NCBI GenBank assembly: GCA_023410595.1
Contig: JAEYPO010000001.1
Span: 192,051-256,050, forward strand
DNA length: 64,000 nucleotides
From: Bacillota bacterium
GTDB lineage: Bacteria > Bacillota > Clostridia > Christensenellales > SZUA-584
Direction: 5' to 3'
Shown: one piece after another, positions 53,823-61,300 of the stretch
Position numbering within the stretch: position 1 is the stretch's first letter
Layout: every line of letters begins with the position of its first letter
The notes under the pieces: generated by a model
The model's database searches: none
The model's input: only the letters and a program-made list of their open reading frames with translations
What the model was told of the DNA's origin: nothing
Translations under genes and position numbers: made by a program

Positions 53823-55694
53823 CTACGACGCCGTTTTCTTTCTTGCCGCGAGCATACTTTCCATAGAGCATTCTACGGCCTCGCGCATCTTAAGTATCTT
53901 CGCCCTGTCGGTACCCTGATTAAGGGGGTACTCGGGCTTACCTATCGTCAGCGTAACGAGCTGTTTTTTATGCAGCTTAGAAATAAGCCTGCCCGGCTGC
54001 CTGAACGTGAACACCATGGGCACTATGGGCACGCCCGACTTAACGGCGAGATGGAACGCGCCGTTCTTGAACGGGCGAAGCTCTTCATGCCGCGGCCAGA
54101 GCGACGCTTCGGGATAGAAGTGAACGATACGCCCCTTTTTAAGCTGCTCGCGCATAGACTCCATAAACGCGTGCAGCGCTTTGGGTGACTCGGGTATGGG
54201 CACGCCGCCCAGCAGCCGCACGAGCCAGCGTATAAACGGTATCTCGAAGTTCGATTTCAGCGACGCGAAAAGCGGCTTGCGCGGAAACAGAGTGCACGCT
54301 ATCATGGGCGAGTCGAGCACGTGCACGTGGTTCGTTACCGTCACCGCGCCGCCTTTAAGAAACTTAAGGTTATGCTGCCCCTTAATATTGAGCCCCAAAA
54401 ACAACCGCGAGGCTATTGTAAGTACGGGCATGCCGATGAGGTAGAAAACAAGAGCCGAGAGCGAACGAAAGAATATGTTCCGGTTCACGAAACGGAAATG
54501 TTCGTCCACCTTGTAGGAGAGCGGCGTAGGCATGTGTATCACATGCATGTTGAGCGGGTCGACCCTGGCTCTGCGCTGCGCTTTTATAACGCCTGCATAT
54601 ACTTCCTCGAGCTTATCGATAGAGCGCTCTATAGAATACTCAGCGGCTTTCTTGCAATAGAGGCTGCTCATACTCGCGCGCTCTTCGGGGTGCTCTATCC
54701 AGTAGTCTATCTTCCGGACGAGGCCATCTACGTCCTTGCTGCGGAATATGCTGCGTTCGTCTATCGCAAACTGGCTTGCCGCGCTCAGTTTTGCCTTTGC
54801 TATCACAGGTACGAGCCCGCACGAAATAGCTTCGGTGCAAACAAGGCCTTCTATCTCCGCTTCCGCGGCGTGAACGTAAAGGTCTGCCTGGTTATAGAGC
54901 CGTATAAGCTCTTCCTTGTGCACGTACTTTATCACCGGTTTGTTTTTAAGCTTTCTGCCGAGCCGCTCATATCTTCGCTCAAGCGGCCCTTTACCCAACA
55001 GCACGATCTGTATTTTATCGCTGTGTTTTGAACGCAGAGTCGCCCTGATAATAATGTCCTGGCGTTTCTCGCTCGACAATCGCCCGGCCGACAGTATAAC
55101 GAATTTATCCTGCCATTCCTTTGGTTTCTCTGTTTGCAGCGGCTTAAAGTCGCCGTCCACGCCGTTGGAGATGACGTGCGTTTTGGCCTTGTAGCCGTGC
55201 GCTTTTAGCTGGTCGGCAATAAACTGCGAAGGGCAGTGTATGTCGTTTACATGGCGGTACATCCTGTGCCTGAACCGGTAATAGATCAGATGCGACAGCG
55301 GCCACAGGTATTTCATGTGTATGTTGTACGTTATGTTCTCGGGCTGGCAGTGAAACGCGGCCATACAGGGTATGCCCATTTCCTTCGCCACCTGCCTTGC
55401 CGCCATCTCAAGGCGAAAGGGGAGATGAAGATGAACGATATCCACGTCTTTAAACGCTTCGCGCAATACCGCCTTGTCAGGGTGAGCAAACACCATGCCA
55501 TGAGAAATAAATACCCTGTCGAGTATGCCGTAATTTGCCTTGGGTACGACAAATTTACCGGGAGCGGGCCTGCCGGTCGAGACAACGCGTACCTCGTGAC
55601 CTCTTTGGCGGAGTCGCTCAATAAAACGCGCCGCGGCATTGGTCGTGCCGTTGTCGTGGTTGTCGTACTGGTCGAGTACGTATGCAATTTTCAT
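53823..55694 (-). CDS. Fusion protein: N-terminal GT4 glycosyltransferase plus C-terminal PlsC-type (LPLAT) acyltransferase
   Basis: N-terminus MKIAYVLDQYDNHDNGTTNAAARFIERLRQRGHEV with a GT4 C-domain (EAEIEGLVCTEAISCG). The C-terminal half has an acyltransferase H(X)4D block (NHVHVLD) and FYPEASL/PIVP blocks. A hydrophobic segment sits between the two halves. Confidence 0.8.
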   Translation of the reverse strand: MKIAYVLDQYDNHDNGTTNAAARFIERLRQRGHEVRVVSTGRPAPGKFVVPKANYGILDRVFISHGMVFAHPDKAVLREAFKDVDIVHLHLPFRLEMAARQVAKEMGIPCMAAFHCQPENITYNIHMKYLWPLSHLIYYRFRHRMYRHVNDIHCPSQFIADQLKAHGYKAKTHVISNGVDGDFKPLQTEKPKEWQDKFVILSAGRLSSEKRQDIIIRATLRSKHSDKIQIVLLGKGPLERRYERLGRKLKNKPVIKYVHKEELIRLYNQADLYVHAAEAEIEGLVCTEAISCGLVPVIAKAKLSAASQFAIDERSIFRSKDVDGLVRKIDYWIEHPEERASMSSLYCKKAAEYSIERSIDKLEEVYAGVIKAQRRARVDPLNMHVIHMPTPLSYKVDEHFRFVNRNIFFRSLSALVFYLIGMPVLTIASRLFLGLNIKGQHNLKFLKGGAVTVTNHVHVLDSPMIACTLFPRKPLFASLKSNFEIPFIRWLVRLLGGVPIPESPKALHAFMESMREQLKKGRIVHFYPEASLWPRHEELRPFKNGAFHLAVKSGVPIVPMVFTFRQPGRLISKLHKKQLVTLTIGKPEYPLNQGTDRAKILKMREAVECSMESMLAARKKTAS

Positions 55695-55965
55695 TACAAT
55701 TGATTAATAAAGGTGATAATATAATATATGAGTGCGCTTTACCTTTATTAATTTATCCTCCCTTCAAACATATTGTTGGTTGTGATAAACAATAAAGTAG
55801 TATATATAATATATACAACAAAATGCTTTATATTGCAAATTTGGGAATAAAAATTACAGGCTAGGAAATAGAGTATGCGCTTATAGCGCAATAAAAGTTA
55901 AACCTTGCGCAAAACATGTAATAATATTATAATGCGAGAAAACAGAGCGGGAATGAGGGGTAATA

Positions 55966-56703
55966 ATGCTTGAGCTTAAAGACATAAGGCTTGTCGCTGA
56001 AAACGGCCATGTCATCTTAAAGGATGTAAGCCTGGCGCTTGATAAAAAGAAGATATACGCAGTAACCGGCCCCAACGGGAGCGGGAAATCATCGCTTGCG
56101 AACGTGATAATGGGTATTGTTCGTCCAACCGGCGGCAGTATATTGCTCGACGGCAGGGATATAACAGACGCCGATATAACGGAGCGGGCACGCATGGGCA
56201 TTGGATACGCGTTCCAGAACCCGCCAAGGTTCAAGGGGATAAAGGTTAAAGACATGATTGCGCTGGCCTCTCCCGAAAGGAAGGGCTCCGCCTGCGACAT
56301 ACTTTATAACGTAGGGCTCTGTTCGCGCGACTATATGAGCCGCGATATGGACGCTACGCTCTCGGGCGGTGAGATGAAAAGGATAGAGATAGCCACCGTG
56401 CTCTCGCGCAATTTAAGCGTCGCGGTGTTTGACGAACCGGAGGCGGGTATAGACCTGTGGAGCTTCCAGAAGCTTGCCGAGACGTTCATTGACATGCACA
56501 TAAAGACGGACACAACCATCGTTATAATTTCGCACCAGGAGAGGATATTGAGCCTCGCGGACGAGATAATACTGATAACTAAGGGCGAAGTGCAAAAGAA
56601 CGTGCCTAAGGACAGTATATTAAAGAAAAGATCGGACGATCAATGCCTGTGCAGGTCAAATTGTGAAAGGACGGATTACTTAGATGCTGAATGCGCTCGA
56701 TAA
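55966..56703 (+). CDS. SufC-like Fe-S assembly ABC ATPase with a Cys-rich C-terminus
   Basis: Walker A GPNGSGKSS, signature LSGGEMKR, Walker B VFDEPEAGID, and an H-loop. The last 22 aa are QCLCRSNCERTDYLDAECAR. Confidence 0.8.
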   Translation: MLELKDIRLVAENGHVILKDVSLALDKKKIYAVTGPNGSGKSSLANVIMGIVRPTGGSILLDGRDITDADITERARMGIGYAFQNPPRFKGIKVKDMIALASPERKGSACDILYNVGLCSRDYMSRDMDATLSGGEMKRIEIATVLSRNLSVAVFDEPEAGIDLWSFQKLAETFIDMHIKTDTTIVIISHQERILSLADEIILITKGEVQKNVPKDSILKKRSDDQCLCRSNCERTDYLDAECAR

Positions 56704-57601
56704 GCTAATGCTTGAAAAGGTCGCCGGGCTTCACGATATACCCAAAGGCGCCTACAATATCCGCAGGAACGGGCAGGGTATTGAAAGGAACACGACGGCG
56801 AATATAGATATTATACCGAAATCCGACCGCCCCGGGATAGACATAATCGTAAAACCATATACAAAAGGCGAAAGCGTGCACATACCCGTAATACTTACAG
56901 AAGAAGGTTTGAGCGATCTCGTCTATAACACGTTTGAAATAGGCGAGCATTCGGACGTGCTTGTCGTCGCGGGCTGCGGCATACACAACGCAGGAGATAA
57001 GCTTTCGCAGCACGACGGCATACATGAATTTTTCATACGCAAGGGTGCAAAGTTCAAATACGTCGAGAAGCATTACGGGGAAGGCACGGAGGGAAAAAAG
57101 GTGCTCAACCCGAAAACCATAATCCACGCCGAGGAGGACACGGCAATAGAGCTTGAGCTCGTGCAGATAAGAGGCGTGGACAGCACAAAAAGGGATACGG
57201 AAATAAAGCTCGCCGCGGGGTCTAAGCTAGTCATAACCGAGAGGCTGCTTACCGATATGGAGCAGACGGCCGAGTCGGGGATAATAATTGAGCTCGCTGG
57301 AGCGGGCTCGTCCGCGCAGGTGATATCGCGCTCTGTCGCGCAGGGAAACTCAAAGCAGTCGTTCTATTTCGATCTCATCGGGCGCAGCAGCTGCAGGGGG
57401 CACATACAGTGCGACGCAATTATAATGGACAACGCGAACGTAATCTCCACGCCGAAGATATCGGCGCTTCATCAGGACGCTATGCTTATACACGAAGCCG
57501 CTATAGGAAGGCTTGAGTCGCAGCAGCTTATCAAGCTTAAAACGCTGGGGCTTTCCGAGAAGCAGGCCGAGGAAGAGATATTAAAAGGTTTTTTGAAATA
57601 G
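56684..57601 (+). CDS. SufB/SufD-family protein, short (305 aa) form
   Basis: Right-handed beta-helix SufBD core (HIPVILTEE..., VVAGCGIHN..., SRSVAQGNSKQSFYFDLIG..., STPKISALHQDAMLIHEAAIGRL). Overlaps the ATPase gene by 20 nt. Confidence 0.8.
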   Translation: MLNALDKLMLEKVAGLHDIPKGAYNIRRNGQGIERNTTANIDIIPKSDRPGIDIIVKPYTKGESVHIPVILTEEGLSDLVYNTFEIGEHSDVLVVAGCGIHNAGDKLSQHDGIHEFFIRKGAKFKYVEKHYGEGTEGKKVLNPKTIIHAEEDTAIELELVQIRGVDSTKRDTEIKLAAGSKLVITERLLTDMEQTAESGIIIELAGAGSSAQVISRSVAQGNSKQSFYFDLIGRSSCRGHIQCDAIIMDNANVISTPKISALHQDAMLIHEAAIGRLESQQLIKLKTLGLSEKQAEEEILKGFLK

Positions 57602-57876
57602 GCGGCGGAACAGGGTTTCGCCGGGCCCTTAGGCCTTGTGCAGCTGGCGGCAAGCCCGCCCAATTAACTCCTGCTAATGCTGTTTTGTAAGTTTGAGGCA
57701 CAAAAATATTATTCGGTGAACTAAAATTGGATATGAACGTTAATAAAATTGAGGATAATAAACGATAAAGCTCTAAAAAAGACTTTCTTGATATTTGTAT
57801 TTTGTTTTTTTTTGAGTTATACTGTTATAGCAATATTACGTCAGAGTTTGCAACTCTACAGGAGGCAATATAAATT

Positions 57877-58077
57877 ATGCAGCTAATGTTTTCCAGAAAA
57901 ATCGTCGATGTGGATTATGACACGGGGAGCGGGGTATTGAGGATAAAGTTCAACGACGGCATATCAAGAAGATATTATGATGTACCGGCAAAGATATACG
58001 AAGACCTGAAAAACTCCTCCGACCAGAATAAGTACTTTCATAACACCATAGACGGGCATTTCCGTATCGACGGTTAG
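57877..58077 (+). CDS. KTSC domain-containing protein
   Basis: 66 aa. IVDVDYDTGSGVLRIKFNDGISRRYYDVPAKIYEDLKNSSDQNKYFHNTI fits the KTSC pattern. RBS AGGAGG. Confidence 0.75.
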   Translation: MQLMFSRKIVDVDYDTGSGVLRIKFNDGISRRYYDVPAKIYEDLKNSSDQNKYFHNTIDGHFRIDG

Positions 58078-58123
58078 CTTAAGGGCGCTTGAGGTCGAGC
58101 GCAAAAACACAATAACCAAAGGT

Positions 58124-58150
58124 CCCCAAAAAGCTTAACGCTTTTTGGGG
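58124..58150 (+). terminator. Rho-independent terminator after the KTSC gene
   Basis: CCCCAAAAAGC-TTAAC-GCTTTTTGGGG is an 11-bp perfect stem. No T-run follows; the T-run is inside the 3' arm. Confidence 0.6.
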
Positions 58151-58254
58151 CGGTGTCAACGTAATATTTTTCAAACGGGCTTGGTGTTCTAAGCCTTTTT
58201 TATTTAACGGAATCCTTCAATGCAGAATAGTCATCAATCAAAGATAAAAAATAA

Positions 58255-58283
58255 TTGCTATTTACGACAATTAATGATAAAAT
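58255..58283 (+). promoter_or_regulatory. Candidate sigma-A promoter for the giant surface-protein gene
   Basis: TTGCTA (58255-58260), 17-nt spacer, TAAAAT (58278-58283). Confidence 0.35.
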
Positions 58284-58359
58284 AATACAGAATCAAACAA
58301 TTAACACATTCACAACTTTTTTACGCACCATTTCTATACCCGGTTTCCGGAGGTAAGAT

Positions 58360-61300
58360 ATGATTAAAAAGTCAATATCGTTTATAATCGTCGCTGCTGT
58401 ATTGGTTTCGCTTTTCCCCGTATCAGCGTTCGCAGTGGGAGGGACGATTGACGCCGATGGTACGTATGACATCGGGAGCTATGGCAATAACTCCGTAATT
58501 ACTATAGAAGACGGGCTTACCGTAACGCTTACAAACACCGGCGGCCTCACCCTTACAAATGTGCAGATAAACTGCGGCTACGGCACCATTCTTACTATTG
58601 ACGGCATCAAGATAGACAACAGCGCATATGACGGGGCTTGCGCGCTTTCTTTTACCCAATACAACAACAAGCTCATTTTAATGGGCGATTCATATATAAA
58701 AAGCGGTAATAATATGCCGGGGATAAAAGAGGACTCGAGCTCGGAGTTGGAGATATCAGGCGAAGGCAGTATTGAAGTATATGGCGGGACAAATGCTGCG
58801 GGGATAGGCGGCATTTATCAATCGGCGGAAATGGCAACTGTGATTTCCGGGGGAACGGTAAAAGCAACAGGCGGCTTTCATGGCGCGGGCATAGGCGGCG
58901 GTGACAGCAATCAGGAATTAATGGTGACTATCAGCGGAGGCAATGTTACGGCCCAGGGCGGTGAAGGGGGAGCCGGTATTGGCGGGGGTTACAACAGTAC
59001 CGGCTGCGTTGTTATAGAGATTAATGGCGGCGACGTAAACGCTGCGGGCGGCGCAGGAGGCGCGGGCATAGGAGGCGGATACAACGGCAACGGGGGAGAA
59101 AGCTATATAACGGGTGACTGCACCGTCAGAGCGTATGGAGGCCAAAATGCCGCGGGCATTGGAGGAGGACAGGGAAAGCACGGAGGGATACTTGACGTAT
59201 CAGGCGGATTGGTATTGGCCGAAGGGAACGGCGGGTATGATATAGGCTGCGGAGCAGGCGCAAGCCCGGACGAAAATGATTGGTTCAAGATATTGGGAAA
59301 TGCCGCCGTATTACTTAGAAACGGCACATCTACCGAACCGACGATGTCGCATCACGAGCTAAAGGTACAAGACACTGTAACAGACCACATGGCATTCGGG
59401 TATAATTTACCCGACTCTTGGACGAAAGCATACGCGTATATCAAAACATACTACGACCTTGCTTACGACTCAAACGGCGGGGAAGGCACGCTGCCGGAGA
59501 CCGTAACTGGGCATGAAGGCACATCAACAGCAGTATCGGGCGGAACGGGACTTACCAGGGAAGGAGACGTATTCCTTAAGTGGAATACCCAAACGGACGG
59601 GCTTGGGACGGATTATTCTCCCGGCGCTTTGTTTGAGTTTGCGGCGGACACCACATTGTATGCGATATACAAAACCCCGCCCAATGTTGAGAGCATAACG
59701 CTGAGCCATCAGTCTGCAACGCTCAGCAGGGGCGATAATATTACGTTGACGGCAGACGTACAGCCTCCCGACGCGATATATTCCGTAGTATGGACAAGCT
59801 CCGACGAGAGCGTAGCTGCGGTAAACAGCAGCGGGATTGTAACCGCGATGGGAGGCGGCGACGCGGTAATAACCGCTGAGGCGGGCGGCGTATCCGCAAC
59901 CTGTGATATTCACGTTAATTTTAATGTAACTTTAGATGCGCAGAGCGGGACGGAAAATGTGATCGTTAAGGTCATCAAAAACAGCGCCGTTCCCGAGCCT
60001 GAGGCTCCAATTAGGGAGGGCTATACGTTTAACGGTTGGTATACCGAACAAGGCTGCGCTAACGAATGGGATTTTGACGAAGCTGTAACAAGCGACATTA
60101 CGCTGTACGCCGGATGGACGCCGGAGGGCTGCCCGTTTTCGGGCAGGGGAACGCAGGCAAGCCCATACCTCATAACCAGCGCGGACGACCTTGCGCAGCT
60201 TTCAACCCTTGTAAACGCGGGCAGTGCAAATTATAACAGCGGATATTATTTGCAGACACAGGATATAGACCTGTCGGCATATTCAAACTGGACGCCTATA
60301 GGAACATTAAATAAGCCTTTTTCCGGCACATATGACGGCAACGGGAAAAAGATCGCGGATATAAATATTAATATCGACTCTCCTAAAGATACGGTTTATC
60401 TGGGGCTTTTCGGATATACAACAGGAACGACTATAAAGAATATTAAGCTGGAAGACGGAAATATAAGCGTCAGTAGCAGTGCAGGCGCCAACGTAGGAAG
60501 CCTGGCAGGGTATACCGGCGGGGGCGGTCTGATAGAAAACTGCAGCAGTTCGGCAGATATCTCCGCATATAGCTTATCTGTAATACGTATTGGCGGCATC
60601 ATAGGATATGCGTCAAACAACAGCGCTGAAACAAGTATTATAAAAGAATGTGTGAATTCTGGCACGATAAATGGAGAAACGGCAGGCGGTGTAAATGCTG
60701 GTGGGATCGTCGGCAATATAGAATATGGAGTCTGCGTCAGCCGTTGCGCTAACAACGGAAACATTTCTGCCCTTTTCAGTCCCACTGTAGGGGGAATAGC
60801 GGGAAAAGCAAACGGGTACGGCCGAAGCCTATGTATAAACCAATGTTATAATACGGGAGACATATATGCGGATGACATTTCTAATTATGGTGATTCGGGA
60901 GGCATTGCCGGATTTGCCTGCGATACTGAAATAGAAAACTGCTTCAATGCGGGAACGATAAGTGAAGAATCCATCTTTCATCATCCTAGTAAAGTGGGCG
61001 GAATAGCAGGTAATGCGTCAGGAGACTCCAATATAAACAAATGCTACAACGTTGGCGAAATAGTAAGTGGAGATACATATGGAGGAGGCATTGCGGGTTA
61101 CCTGCCCGATACGTTAGCCGGGATAAACGACTGCTATTACGCGGATACATTCCCGGACTATATAGGCTGCGGTTATGGAACGGCATATACGGCGTATAAA
61201 AAGACGCTGGATGAGCTAAAGCAGCAGACGACGTACAAAGATTATGATTTTAATACAGTATGGACCTTTGCGTTCGGGTATGACTTTCCGCAGCTTATTA

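Noticed and set aside
58780-59260. Periodic DNA repeats that could be mistaken for a repeat array or CRISPR
   Set aside because: The period is ~80-90 nt and imperfect. The repeats lie inside an open reading frame and encode the GAGIGGG protein repeats. There is no spacer/repeat architecture.
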